A stretch of DNA of 64,000 nt from contig NW_027272018.1 in assembly GCF_040938485.1 (NCBI RefSeq), positions 744,001-808,000 of the forward strand, written 5' to 3'. Source of the DNA: Diadema antillarum. Lineage: Eukaryota. The notes beneath the pieces are model-generated. The model was not told the origin of the DNA, made no database searches, and saw only the letters and a program-made list of their open reading frames with translations. Below, one piece after another: positions 15,010 through 33,429 of this stretch; the first letter of the stretch is position 1, and each line of letters starts with the position of its first letter. The translations under genes and the position numbers were made by a program.

Positions 15010-15270
15010 CATGATGGCCAATGGGGAGCAAAGTGCATTAGATGAATTAGCGAGAAAGTCTCAAATTGTCACCTGTCGCTGGCGCTTTATTCTCTAGGGC
15101 GAGAAAAGCCCATGACAAGGCTGCTCGTTAAAAATGCGCAATCAGGCAAGATGGCGGCAAAGCCCAGTGGCCGGGAAACCTGCAAAGATCCCAGAATGCA
15201 CTATGTGCTGCGGAAGTGCCTCTACTAGTATGATACATCACTAAAGAATTACGACTATAACTACAATACG
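15010..15270. promoter_or_regulatory. Housekeeping-type promoter motif cluster with no assigned gene
   Basis: CpG-rich; CCAAT (~15019), YY1-type CAAGATGGCGGC (15147-15158), ZNF143/Staf-like TCCCAGAATGCA (15189-15200), ACTACAAT (15260-15267). Confidence 0.3.
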
Positions 15271-15470
15271 TCTACACGTGCATCACATGTTAAAATCAAT
15301 CAGCCCATTCCAGCTATGATGAATGAAGCTCCACTATTTTGTTTGTCGTTGTGTAATAGTTCATTTGCGTATGAATGTAGCGTGTGTGTGTGCGCGTGTG
15401 TAGTGTTTATTGGCTAAATTGATTACTTGCATGATCAAAGTTACACCACCCTTCATGACACAGACACAGG

Positions 15471-15503
<33 letters not shown>

Positions 15504-18013
15504 ACCCACATGAACAAACAAGTGTGTTTGTGAAGTTCGTAACAAAGACCGTATAAACGATCACGTTGTGTTTTATAAGAAAACTTGACAATCATTACCT
15601 GATTTATAGGAAATATGAATGGACAAGAATAAGACATACAAGTAGGCAATAAATGACCTCGTTTTGAGATGGGCTCTACTTCTTTATTTTGTTAAATCCT
15701 GTAACCTGAAGTACTGCCAACGTCCGTTCGTTCTCTCGCTCTCTTTCACGATTGGCAAGCGGTTATGGGTTTATGCCACGAAGCCATGACATTAGTATAT
15801 ATGCGGCCGGAAACATTTCCACGATTTAGGCTTTTCTTTTTTCTTTTTCTTTTTTGGTATGTAACGTTCAGTCCGATCTAGTTTCACACCTAGGGCTGAT
15901 GAACCTTGCAGATGATTGCTTTTCTGAACGGATGTCTGAGCGCAGATGGTGTACTCCAGCCGGGGGCATTCCACTCGATACAAGTAGAGAGGATGGAGAT
16001 GGGGAGAGATGAGGAGGAGAAGATGATTATTATTCTCAACATCTGGGGTACGGATCAACAGAGTCACCTGAAGTCACATAACCACAAGCTAAGAAGAAGA
16101 CATTGTTGAAATAACTAACCAGGTTTTATCATAAGAGCCTTCACACGCGAAGTAGGACACGATCGTTTTCATAACTCTCCCGATATGTGTTCACAGTGGC
16201 CTTGATAGCTCTATACATTAAGAAGTAAATAACCTTCCTCGCATGTGTCCTTATAGCAATGAGAACCTCTACTTCCTGTTTGTGGGAAATTGTCCATCTT
16301 TTGCATTTCATAGTCAGCAGGTATGATATCCAAGCAAGGATTTTGGAAGAAGAAACAATGACGTTGAGAGTAAGTTGAAGAAGGAGAAACATCTTACAGA
16401 AAGATTTCCTCGTGCAAGTATATAATGTTTTTCTTTCACTTTACATACCTCTGAAAAGGAATATCGCGGTAGCCAGCTGCGTAATCAGGTTAAGAGACAC
16501 GTTCTTCTATGTCTTAGATGGAAATAACACCTCTTCTTTTCGCACTCTTCTCTCTCCTTTGTTTTCCTTCGTTTCCAACTTCAATCATCATTTCTAACTG
16601 CAACACCTATGATTGATGATTAAAATTGCGTAATGGCAGGTGAATTTCTCACGCTGCCATCTCTGCTTTCAATGATTGTATCAATGTGGTTATCAAAAAA
16701 AGATTGAGCGCGAGAAATGTTTTTGTTCTTTCGTTTTGTATATANNNNNNNNNNNNNNNNNNNNNNNNNNNNNNNNNNNNNNNNNNNNNNNNNNNNNNNN
16801 NNNNNNNNNNNNNNNNNNNNNNNNNNNNNNNNNNNNNNNNNNNNNNNNNNNNNNNNNNNNNNNNNNNNNNNNGAAATAGTTAATGATGGTCTTGTAGCTA
16901 TTTTGGACTTGGCTTCTCTGTGACAATTTATCGCATCACTTCACTAAGCGGACATCAATTCGAGCATTTTGAAGGTTGCAAAGACAGCTTCCTTCCACCG
17001 CAATGCGTCAAGCTTGCCACGATGCACGCCACAGATACTCGTGGACGGTGGTGTGATACGCCCTTCGTCGGTGAGGGCTCTGTTCAAATAAAAATGCCGC
17101 AACATTATTGACTCTCGGGAACCATTTACTGAAATGTGCTCGTTCATTTACATTTAAATTCATAATGACATGAGAACAGAGATTTAAGGCCCTCCAGTGC
17201 ACTTCATAATTCTTAGTGATGATTAAAGTGCCGATCGTACTGGTGATATCTCATGTCATGGTTGAAAGGCAATCTAAAAAAAAAAAATGTATAATAACAC
17301 ATGTGTATTCACAAAATGAATAAACGAAAAAAAATGAGCCGTATGCATTTATTTATTTATTTATTTATTCAGTTTTATTTAAAAAACAAGAACAGGGTAG
17401 TCACGTTCAGGGCCCAAGGGCCTGCTTTTCAAGTGAGCCCTGTTACAAATAGTACATATTGCGAGTAAAAATCACATAATACAACAGCAACAAAAAAGAA
17501 AGCAAACGAACACATAGAAACAAGCAAGATGTGAAATCTACATAAGTAAAAAAGATACAAAATTAACAAATTAAAAGTAAAAACAGCAGGAGATTACCAT
17601 ATGCAAAAACAAAATAAATTATGTTACCAGAATGTTCAAAAATAATGGCCAAAAAGTGATATGGCAATGAGTAAAAAGTACACTTTCACACTTTGTTCAG
17701 AATATTGAAATATTGCAGGTAGGTTTACACAGTGTAACGCAAACAAAAAGAAAAGAGAAGAAAAAAGTAGTCGAAACAAACATATGAAAGGTAAAAGAAA
17801 AATGTGAGAAAATAGAAATGCGTTATCATACCCCGATATAGATTCAAGGATTAAAAAAAAAAATGTAGCGCATATAAAAATAGTACCAAAGGCAAGATCA
17901 AAAATCATGATATCATAATGTACTAAAAACAATGAGCATTGAGAAACATAATGATACAGAAACAAATGCATACTAATATGTATAAACTCTTAATTGCTCA
18001 TCATTTTAACATA

Positions 18014-20861
18014 TCAAAAAGCTGAGTTTATATTTGCTGATCGAATTTGTCTTTTAAACCTTTCGAGGCAGTTTGACGATTGAATAAAACTGGGAAGATT
18101 GTTGAAAAGAGAGCAAGCGAAGAAGGAAAATGTACGTTTTTTGTATTCTGTTTTAGGCATGGGGATGAACAATGGGCAAGATAAGGCATATCGAGTTTCG
18201 TACGTTACTTGACGCCTTGTAGTCATAGGACATAAGTATGATGGGGCTAATCCGTTCAAGACTTTATATACAGCTACGCAGTACTGATACTCAATGCGTT
18301 GTTGTACACTTTGCCACCTCAATCTGTTCAACAAGTTGTGAACGGGAGAATAATAGTCTGCCTGCATTACGAGTCGGGCAGCTTTGTTTTGTACCCTTTG
18401 TAATTTGACCAAGTTAGTCTTGGTGCATGTGCCCCAAACAGTACAACAGTAGTCGATGTTTGGCAATACCAGTGAGAAGTATAGTTGCGCAGCCATTTTC
18501 ATGGTAATACAAGACCGAATGCGCCGAATACAAGCTAATGTGCAGGCCGTCTTTTTTATGATACGTTCAATGTGAAGTGACCAATCTAGACTGTCTGTGA
18601 TAATTACTCCAAGATATTTGATATCATTGACAACATCCAGATACTGACCATCAAATTCTAAACTCATATCTAAACCATTTCTTTTCCTTTTCGAAGCAAA
18701 TATCATAACTTTTGTTTTTTCACCATTAACCCTCATTCCGTTGTTCTGAAACCAGGAAGAAAGAGTGTTTAAATCTTTTTGCAGCGAGGCCTGAATTGTA
18801 CGAACATCCTTGGAAGAGTTGAAAATGGCTGTGTCATCGGCATACAGAGAAATTCTCGTCTTATCATGAAATTGCAATCTACATATGTCGTTGATATATA
18901 CACAAAAAAGAAGCGGCCCAAGGATAGAGCCTTGAGGTACACCGGATAACATTGGAAGGAGCCCACTCATTACACCTCTGAATGACACACATTGTTGTCT
19001 ATTTTTTATATATGAGGCAAACCACGTAAGTTCGTTGCCCTGAACACCATAATACGGTAGTTTTTCCAGCAGACCTTCATGCGGTATTATATCGAATGCT
19101 TTTTTTAAGATCTAGAAATACAGCGCCGGTGATTAACCCTTTGTCTAAACAGTCCACAATGGAGTCGCAAATTTCTGTCAGACAGGTAGTTGTAGAATGT
19201 CCTGGACGAAATCCAGATTGTCTCTCAGATAACAGGTGTTGCCTGTGTAAATAATCATATAATTGCTTATGAACAGCTTTTTCAAGGATTTTTGAAACGA
19301 TGGGCAGAATTGATATAGGTCTGAAATTCGACATCTCAGTTGAGTTTTTGGACTTTGGAATAGGAATGATTTTCGCACGTTTAAAATCATTGGGTACGTC
19401 ACCAGTTTGTAATGAACAGTTAAACAAAAGAGCCAAAGGTTTTGCTAGAAAATGAGATCCACATTTGAGAAGTCTTGGGTGAATATTATCAAGTCCTATA
19501 CTCTTCTTACAATTGATTTTATCCAGTTCTTTCTGTACAAAATTTGCTGTTATCTCATCAAAAGTGAACCTTGAATCTACGGCTGCTAGTGTACACATCT
19601 TATTCACATCAATTGGGGGCAAGTTGTTATTCATGCTCCCTATACGACAAAAGAGAGCATTAAAGTCGTTTGTCAGCTTTACACGGTCAGTGACAATTTC
19701 TCCATCTACAGTGATGCTATTATCTTGAACCTGTTTTTTGTTAGGTAGAAGGTTGTTTAAAACTTTCCAGGACTTATTGGGGTTATTACAGGTTTCAGAC
19801 AGTCTGCTTAGAAAGTATCTCTTGCGTAACTTCTTATTGAGGTTGTTAGCCTTGTTGCGAGCCACCCGGTATCGTTCCCAGTAGTAGTTTCCTTTTGTTC
19901 GATCAAATTTTTGCTTATTGTAATCACGTTCTCTCGCAAGCTGGAGGTAATCATCATCAATCCAGGGCGCTCCCCTAACCTTTTTCCTGACCGATATGAA
20001 TGGGGCGTGTTTATCACTTAGTTTTATGAACAATGCATGAAATTTTTGCCACATAGAGTCTACTCCAAGACTTTCTACCAGAACATCTTCCCACTTGATT
20101 GCTGCTAAGTCGGACAAAAAGGCATTTTCATCAAAGGATCGAAAAGAACGAAACGTAAATACCTGGGGCTTCGTTTTTTGTGGTAAGGTTTTGTATACCA
20201 GAAAGATGAGTGAATGGTCACTCAGACCAAGAGATTGAACTCCAGATGGGAGCGGCCCCATATCTTTAGGTATGCAAATCAGGTCTATTAAAGTTGAGCT
20301 GTGGGGAGATATACGAGTCGGCTTTGTAATTATTTGAGACATGGCCAGTGCATTACACAAATCATTCATTTTACGAGAAAGATGATTAGAAGTCAGCATA
20401 TTGCAATTAAAGTCACCAATGAGTATTATATCATCAGTAAAGTTGTGAATCTTGTCAATACAATCTTCTAAATATTCAAAAAAAGCGTTATCATTTCCGG
20501 GTTTACGATATACCACTCCTATTATAAGTGGTCTTTTACATGTCATACGTATTTCAATCCACAAAATTTCAACGTTATCACATTCTAAATCGCTTCTTCT
20601 TAAATGAATAATCTCTTCTCTGATAAAACATGCAACACCTCCACCTAATTGGCCCCTGTCTTTCCTTTCTATCTTATAACCGTCAATTGATATTACATTG
20701 GAGTGGATACCATCATCAAGCCAAGTTTCTGATAATGACATGATATCGTACGGATTTTGTTGTAAGAATTGAAGCAAATCGTCTGTCTTATTTCTTAAGC
20801 TTCTGATATTAAGATGTGCAATTTTCATACCTTTGTATTTTGGGGAATTGGGAGAATGCAT
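18014..20861 (-). CDS. LINE ORF2 (endonuclease + reverse transcriptase), 948 aa when one extra A at 19100-19106 is removed
   Basis: APE motifs HLNIRSL, LSETWL, GGGVA, IIGVVYRKP, GDFN, LIDLI, LSDH; RT motifs FRPISILPIVSKILE, QSGFRPGHST, FLDLKK/AFD (frameshift here), GVPQGSILGPLLF, YADD, KYLGV. The second frame is open from the A7 run to the stop at 18014. Confidence 0.9.
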
Positions 20862-20975
20862 GACACACACACACACACACACAAATAGAACACGTAAGAT
20901 GAAACAGAAGAAATCCTATATCCTGGGTACTCTTATAAAATACACGTAAGAGTTCAAAAGTTCAAAATGGAATGC

Positions 20976-21260
20976 TCACTTAACGACTTTGTAGAGATGG
21001 CTTTCCCTCGTGATGGTAACTCGTTCGCCGCTCGGTGTTTTGACAAGGATCCTACCATCCTGCGTCCAGAGTTTGTGGGTTCCCTTTTTCAGGCTCCTTT
21101 TCAGTTTCCAAAACAGCCGCGATCGCTCTTTCGTGAGGTTTTCGTTGATGTAGATGTTGCTCATTCCTTTCTTTCGCAGATCGAATCTTGAGCTGTAGAC
21201 CCTCTCTCTCATGCGATAGCTGGTAAATTTCACTATGATGTGCCGATTGCGTTCGTTTCA
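20976..21260 (-). CDS. C-terminal remnant of LINE ORF1
   Basis: IIVKFTSYRMRERVY...IYINENLTKERSRLF...KLWTQDGRILVK is typical of the ORF1 C-terminus in L2/Crack-type elements; lies directly upstream of ORF2. Confidence 0.8.
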
Positions 21261-22843
21261 GTACTCAAAAAACGGCATTTTTTTCTAGCCCATTAATGCA
21301 AACAGAGTCAAATACGGTGTAAAAATATCATCGATACCATCAATTGCTGATCGATGTTATTTTCTGACGCCATACGGTGATATGTATATGTATAATATGG
21401 ACAAGTGGCGGTGAACTAAAGAGATTAATAACTTTAAAATGAGTCAAAGTTGAAGCAAACCGATATTTTTCATCACATTCCTTTCCTCAACACACAAACT
21501 GTTAAACGGATATTAAACGCAAACTCCATTTACCCTTTAAAGCAACGTGTACGGGCTACGGACTGTGGCTATACGGACCGCGGAAAGGCTCGTCCCCTCA
21601 CGCACAGCAACAAGTGAAAATAAAATTTATTAATGTACCAAACCGCAGAAAGAATTCTAAGAAAGTATACTTCTAATTATCATTTATTGTGGATACAATA
21701 TAAAGGCCATTACATTTCAAGGTTCTCACAATCATTTTAATTATTCTGTTACAAAGTCAATGCAATAAAATTTAATGATTGAAGGCTAATGGTTGCATTC
21801 ATCATTTGAACTATCAGAATGAGCTGAAAAAAAAAGATAATTAATTTGGAAAAGAATACATTAGCCACCTCTGGACCATGAGTTGTCATGATATTTTGTA
21901 TAGCAGTGTATCTTTGCCAATAACGATTCGATTGAACACCAGCTATTAACATCTTCAGTGGTGCGCGATAAACAACAGAGTGTCGTTTCAACTTAAAACT
22001 TGCTGAAAATAGAATTGCACATAGCCATCATGCAAACAACCAGTTTACTAGCTTCTATCCCACGGTGACATCCCAACAAGAAATTAGTTAACAAATAAAT
22101 AAATACTTCAAATAAGCAACGAATACATAATCAGTATAAAAAATGAATATGTAACTACACAAAAAGCAATACAAAAAAAAGATCGCTGTCAATCAACTGA
22201 AAACATTTCAAGACCAGCTCAAATACACCGATTGGCTACCTATACATCCACAACGAAACGAAACGAAACGCTATTCTGTCTTCTTCTTTTTTTCAAGTAG
22301 AAAGCGTGCAGAATTTTGTGAAGATTTAAATAATATAACTGGCTGTCATTTCAGTCTCATAGACAGCAGGTCCCTAAAAGTCCTTGTAGAGTACTGTGAA
22401 TTATATATACGAACTGATAGCCAGTTGTCGACTTCTCACACTATGTTTGGGATAAAGCTAATACTCATGACGAAAACTGAGCGTCTTATCAAACACTACA
22501 TCAGAGATAATACCATCTAATCGTGTCGCCGCACGTGGAGCTATTTTAAAGGTATTGTGCCACTTATTTGTTCGCTACTACCGTACATCCACTACTTACT
22601 GATGACTCCAACACAAGTGGTTTTTTGATACAGTATATATTTAAAAAAACCCAACAGATTGATAATGAATTACGATACACAACATTGTCTGGATGTGAAA
22701 AAGCTTCACATACCTCAAATACTATTTTTTTTTTTTTTTTTTTGGAAGAGGACATTTTAATTGGCAACAGACACTTGCCCCTGGCAGAAATGGAACTGAG
22801 AATGATATCATTTTCCTTCATAATCCTGAGCGTTGTCCAATCA

Positions 22844-23016
22844 CAGTGGCGGATCCAGAGGGGGGCGCAACCGGCGCACGCCCCCCCCCCCCCCCTTTAT
22901 TTTTCGTAAAAAACAAAAGAAATAAAAAGAAAAACAATGAAATGAAACCCGGAAGTGGCACCAGAAATATTAGTCACCCCCCCCCCCCCTTTACAGAATT
23001 CCTGGATCCGCCCCTG
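22844..23016. mobile_element. CAGTGGCGGATCCAG-family MITE, 5-bp TSD (copy 2)
   Basis: TIRs CAGTGGCGGATCCAG / CTGGATCCGCCCCTG; TSD AATCA at 22839-22843 and 23017-23021. Confidence 0.9.
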
Positions 23017-24054
23017 AATCATACTAGCAAAATCTATTGTATCTTATTCATTTTGTCTGTTCCTCTTTATGTACATGGAAAGGAACAAACAATACATTTG
23101 AAGATTCAAGAGGCTGGTCTCAAGAGGTCAAAACATGGGTGATCAGTAGTACTGATCATGAAAAAGCATAAATCATTAAATCAATGAATAATTCACCTTC
23201 AGATCTCTCTCGCTTTGCTATGGTACTATCATGACGTTTTCTTTCTGGACCGATAGCATATTAAAAAGAAGTAGAAGAAGAAGGAAAAAGGTTCGTGAAC
23301 GCTGTTTTTGTGTTTCCAACCTTTTATTTCACTTGTTTTTCAAAGCATGGATATTATATGACAAAAAACAAACAAACAAATAATTCGGTAAGAATGAATT
23401 AGTCATATTTCCAACTCGCCTGAGGTTCATCCAAAAATGAAAATATTCAACGGCTATAATATTGATTATGTTGTAACATCGTTTTATTGGCTAAATCATA
23501 TCTTACGTTGAATTTGTTTCAAGGAGGTTCATGCCTTTAAGTATCCTTAGCCCTGGTCAAGTCCTTGCCAAAATCGCCACGCAGACGCCTACCAATAATT
23601 ATGATTGCACCTGGCTAATGTTAATTATGTCATCCTTTTTTTTGCATTACAAAACTGTATCATGACGTCACAAAGTGCACACAAAGATTAGACAATTCCG
23701 GATATTGCCTCAAACTTCACATGATTTTCCATAACATGATGGAGGTGCATATCACTTGTCATATGACACTAAAAATCCAAAATAACAAAGGCTCATTAAC
23801 TGTTTTCTTCTCACGTATATCAAAGATATGGTTAAACTAAAAAGACAAAGACACACCGAGGTCCCTTTGATTACCTCGTTTTTCATGTGCATAGAATACA
23901 GTAACTTGAATCACGAAAGACAAATTCTGATTGTCATAATCCCCATAGTCTACCGATATGATTACTGGAAGGTCAGTACTTATCAATCAAAGCGGATTAT
24001 GACGACATTTTCTGCAAACAGTGGGCGAGGTATGTATGGATGGTCTAGGTGAGG

Positions 24055-24147
24055 ATTGGCTATAAAAGGAGGAGTCCTGGAGAACTTTCCTCATCGGTTC
24101 CAGCTTCGACTCTCAACCCAGCAAGCAACAGAACAACAGCAGTGAGT
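24055..24147 (+). promoter_or_regulatory. Core promoter and non-coding exon 1 of protease copy 1
   Basis: ATTGG (reverse CCAAT) 24055-24059, TATAAAA 24061-24067, exon ending at 24141, donor GTGAGT 24142-24147; conserved in unit B. Confidence 0.7.
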
Positions 24148-25059
24148 GTCCAGTCTTCGATTGTTTTCGCATTATTCTTTCATTTTTTTAAAATACAAAC
24201 TCTTAACATTAGTGCTGTTTTCTTCTCTTGGAATATTTTCAAGAGAAAGAAGTTGACAATAAGCCTTGGTTTAACAGAAATGAACACCGTCATCCCTTCC
24301 ATTTGATATGGGTTCGTATTTTACTTGACTCTGAGATTCCCTACCATTACAATTATTCAAACAAAAATCTACGTTGCCTTCAAAAGTATAGACTTTGTCC
24401 ATGTCAAAGCGTCGTGTTAGAGGGAATGTGACAGTAATATATACTATGAGCGGGAAGTGGTTACTATCTACTTCGTTGTAGCGGTTGGGTCATTTGGGGG
24501 ATTCAGTCTTGTTTTCCCCCAATGTTTCCCATTGCATATCATGTTTCGTGCACTCAACACAAAATGACACAAAACGTCACACGCATGCTTTGCTTCAAAG
24601 ACCAAGACAGTGAATAATTGGGAGCATCTTAAAAAATGCAACGAAGAAGAAAAAGCAGACAAAGTCAACAGTAATGATCATGATGATGATTCGGTTGAGA
24701 AATCAATTACAGCATGTGTGTATGAAAGGGCTCCTGTTAAGGACAAATAGATATAGGGCAGGAAAGTATCGTTACTGATAGCTCATTGGGTGACAGGTAT
24801 AGAGGCTGGATACCAACTGTAGGAGAGATTGGTTCAACATTTCCGATTCTCGTACCGCTTCGGTACAAAGTGGGGCTGGATAACTCTGAATATGACGTAG
24901 TGAGACATGTGCCATCATTTACATTATGATTCTTGCGATATTGAATCAAGATATAAGTGATAGAAGCAGACAAAATGTATATTCAAGAACTTAAGTTCGT
25001 TTCTTTTTTGTGTGTGTGGTACATTGTTCATGCTTATTCTCCCTACTCCGTCTTAGACC

Positions 25060-29737
<4,678 letters not shown>

Positions 29738-30117
29738 ATCGGGGAAAAAACCCAAACAAACATGGATTCAGCCTTTGGACTGCCATGCTATCAAATTTAA
29801 ATGAATTTATGACAATCATTACTTAAATTATGCCCATGTGACTTGAGAAGATGAATTGATGATGACAGATGATGTCCCAATAAACTGAAGAAAAATGAAG
29901 TGGAAAGCAATTCGTCTTGAGACTTTATACGATTGTGTTGTAGATTGAAGAGAGTGACGCAAGCGATACAGAAAGAGATGTCCTTACTCTTTGTTGGTAT
30001 TCATGCGTGCATGACTTACATTCATTTGTGTGTATGCCCACTTATAGTATTCATGAAGGAGTAAATGGATGAGATATGAAATATGAAAGTTTTGCGTCGG
30101 TGTGTAGTAATTAGATA

Positions 30118-30247
30118 TCAAGTGTAAAAATAGTCGTATAAACACCGCAGGAGCCAAAAAATTGGACTGACGTTTCGGTCAAAGACCTTTATCAAAGTGA
30201 CTTTGATAAAGGTCTTTGACCGAAACGTCAGTCCAATTTTTTGGCTC
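30118..30247. repeat. Palindrome of two head-to-head hammerhead motifs (unit A copy; right arm runs into N gap)
   Basis: Centre G30199; arms perfectly complementary as far as sequenced; one substitution relative to 42147-42276. Confidence 0.9.
30199..30233 (+). ncRNA. Minimal type I hammerhead ribozyme motif, U3-A8 variant
   Basis: GACU-UUGAUAA-A-GGUC(UUU)GACC-GAAA-CG-UC-AGUC: stem I GACU/AGUC, stem II GGUC/GACC, palindromic helix III ACGU, GUC cleavage triplet. Confidence 0.65.
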
Positions 30248-31919
30248 NNNNNNNNNNNNNNNNNNNNNNNNNNNNNNNNNNNNNNNNNNNNNNNNNNNNN
30301 NNNNNNNNNNNNNNNNNNNNNNNNNNNNNNNNNNNNNNNNNNNNNNNNNNNNNNNNNNNNNNNNNNNNNNNNNNNNNNNNNNNNNNNNNNNNNNNNNNNN
30401 NNNNNNNNNNNNNNNNNNNNNNNNNNNNNNNNNNNNNNNNNNNNNNNNNNNNNNNNNNNNNNNNNNNNNNNNNNNNNNNNNNNNNNNNNNNNNNNNNNNN
30501 NACATGTATGTGGTGTAATTGTAAAGAGAGATAGAAATAGGGAGAAAGGAAAGAGGGGAGTAGAAAGAGAGAGAAAAATAGAAGAAATATACATAGTAAC
30601 AATGTATAAGTCATCTTGAATTCTGAACTCGAAAATCAATGCAGACGTCTACATTATCCAAGATCCATAGCAGAGATGCTGATGCACAACATTGCATTCC
30701 ACCATTCTCATACATGCCATGTCAAATTTGACAAAACAAAAATAAAAAATCAAACAAGCAAATGAATGAATAAATAAATAAATAAACAAATAAATAAATA
30801 AGCTAACGAACAATCACAATATCAAACTCACTGTATCACTCACACAAAACATAATTTGTCATGAATACTCCTTACAATGGTAATAGAAAGAATACTTGAG
30901 TTATTATTTTTTAAATAAATGTTTTGTAGAGAAATAGAAACAATAAAAGGTACATACTTTGAGTTAATTAGAGAAACCACGTGCATCATCGATTTTAACA
31001 GTAGGGATTTGATTTGATTAAGAGTTAAGAAACTAACAAAAAAAAGTCTGTTATCTTAGCAACCGGTTAACCTCAAATAATGTTACATTTTAGACATTCG
31101 AAGGTTTTCGGTTTTACCGAAGCATAAATTATATTATTTGGACGTTCTAACGCTTTCGGCGTTGACCGCATCTAAACCACAAAAGCAATCTGTGTACCAT
31201 TCTTCGTACCTTTTCTGTGGTTTTGCGGATATAAAGCGATATGATAAATCATGGTTGCAAAGCTTAACGTATTCACCGATTGGCGGGGGTAGGAGAGGGA
31301 GGAAATAATTTCGGCGACGGTACGTACCTGGTTTACGTGGTTACTCAGCACACAATCTTATGAGCACAAAAGCACGTCTTTTTTGCGACAATGGATTGGG
31401 AAGGTGTAAATAATGGACAGGAAACCATAAGACTCTATTTACTCTACTGTTTACTTGCGTTGTTGCAGTATGTGAGGAAATGGCATCTTGACCTTTTATA
31501 CGTTGTGGGACTACAATGTAGAAAACAACCCTACATGAAAATGTGGGACCGTTTTTACAAAAGAAACCTCAGTCGTTCCATTTGTTTGATTGTATTCTAT
31601 GTATGGAAATGAACGTGGACATGGAGGGTTTACTTTTATATTCAACAGTGCACAAAAAGTACTGTTAGGCAGTGTAATTAATCTGTAGCACGTAGCCTAT
31701 GGTTCACACATTCTCATTAATTGTTCAACGGTACTCGGTATTCTAGCTGTTTTCAATAGTAATAACCTTTCCTGCTTAGAATTAGGAATAGAAATCAAAT
31801 AAACTGCTATATATAAAGACAAAACAAAGCAGAACAAAACACGCAATTATATGAACTTGATCAATTTAGTATAGACCAGAAAATTGATACTCAACAACTA
31901 TGCTTCGCACATCACAATA

Positions 31920-32145
31920 CACTCTAAGAAAAATAGGTTCAACTTTGCACCTTTACAAGTGCCACACTGGAAGCGCCTTTACGGGTTAAACTTTGCACCT
32001 TTCATACCAGTTAGTACCTTTAAAGGTGCAACTTTGCACTTTTCTGGTCTGAAAGGTGCAAAGTTGCACCTTTGGAAATGTGCTTACAGTGCGACACTGA
32101 TAACTGTGCTCCCAGTGTGACAAAAGGTGAAAACTTCTTAGAGTG
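31920..32145. mobile_element. CACTC...GAGTG MITE (EnSpm/CACTA-like termini), TA TSD
   Basis: TA|CACTCTAAGAA ... TTCTTAGAGTG|TA; internal AAAGGTGCAA/TTGCACCTTT subrepeats; paralogous copy at 44873-45106. Confidence 0.8.
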
Positions 32146-33239
32146 TAGAGGGATAAATTTCATCCAGGTCAGTATAAAGAGGTGAAATCCGCAAATGATT
32201 ATCTGACAGCCGTGTGACTACATGGCTCTTCATTTGCATTTCAAAGCATTTCCGCCATGCCCACTGAAATAAGTACGAGTTATATCTACTTAAACATTAT
32301 AAATTGATACCTACAACTTAAAATATTTCTCAATCTCCGAAGACCTATACACTACCTCACTTTGTACTGGTATCAATCGGCAAAACTCCGAAATGTACAA
32401 ATATGTTGAAGTTACTTTTGTCATAAATATTGTAAGGTGAAGAGAAGGAGGGGAATACATAATTATAAGAGAATATTGCTCTCACGTCTTTGAAGTGGTC
32501 TTGAAGAGTCCCAAGTCATTAGCCTGCCAATCAGGTACATGGACATGCACCTTACTTCCTAAACTAGGTCCGATTCATTTATGTTAAAGATCTAGTCATA
32601 AAGAACAAAAAGATTCAGAATTTGAATGTCATAGTAGTAAAATATCGTCTTGCATTGCCTTTGGCAACATCCAAGACCAAAACCCTTTTTAAGAATGAAA
32701 GAAAATGTCAGTTACTCAAACAAACACAAAAACATAAAAATCGAAGACACGCGTCCTACACCAGGTGTTTCTGTTCCTTCAAAGAGCACCATACTTAAAC
32801 TCTAACGTCACCACCACATCATTACAGAGATAACAGACGATTAAATAGAACGGATTATAGTGCTCGTGAAACGGTTGTGTGCTTATTTCGCTAACTAAAT
32901 CCGACTAACAATCATCTGTCTAATTTAAGACTACGGAGTATGAAGTACAAAGTGTCCTTTCTCATTTCAGTATTAATCGTCAATGAAATGTCAAGTATAT
33001 TAACTTTAAACTCTAGCTTTTATTGTATTGTTTTGCTTTGTTTTAAGATCTTTTCGAGGATTGATAATAAACCGATTTGAATATCATCTAACTGCGTCTG
33101 CTGAAAGCGTACCTCTCTTCTGTCGGTATAGATATATTTCAATTTCAATTTCAATTTTCATTTCATTTCTGACGGAAACATTTAGACATCACTTTCTTTG
33201 ATAACAGAAATTAAGGTAAGTAAAGCTATGTGGAATGAA

Positions 33240-33429
33240 AAGAGTTCCACAATATATTATCGGGCCAATAAAAATCTTTAAGTCTGAAATTTTGATGGCC
33301 TGAGAAAGATATGTAGTGGCCCGACATACTAGTAAAAGCAAAAGTAACAATCCATTTTGAATTTTTGGTGGCCCGGCCCCAATTTTTAGTAGACCCGGTC
33401 CATCGGGCTACCGCTATTGTGGAGCCCTG
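33240..33429. mobile_element. Degenerate hAT-like MITE (paralogous copy 46205-46388)
   Basis: AAGAGTTCCACAAT vs reverse complement of ATTGTGGAGCCCTG (CAGGGCTCCACAAT), 11/14; no TSD. Confidence 0.4.

Larger units (their letters stand above)
17347..21262 (-). mobile_element. 5'-truncated non-LTR retrotransposon, L2/Crack/CR1 group
   Basis: ORF1 C-terminal remnant, APE endonuclease + RT ORF2, ~660-bp 3' UTR, 3' end CAGGGCTCACTTGAAAAGCAGGCC...GTGACTACCCTG...AAATAAA and (AATA)n tail at 17347-17369. No TSD identified. Confidence 0.92.

Noticed and set aside
15890-16110. Exon-like purine-rich segment
   Set aside because: Stops interrupt the most plausible frame; no recognisable protein similarity.
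19095-19110. Programmed ribosomal frameshift in LINE ORF2 (A-AAA-AAG slippery heptamer)
   Set aside because: Restoring the frame needs +1, not the -1 this heptamer promotes; a homopolymer indel is simpler.
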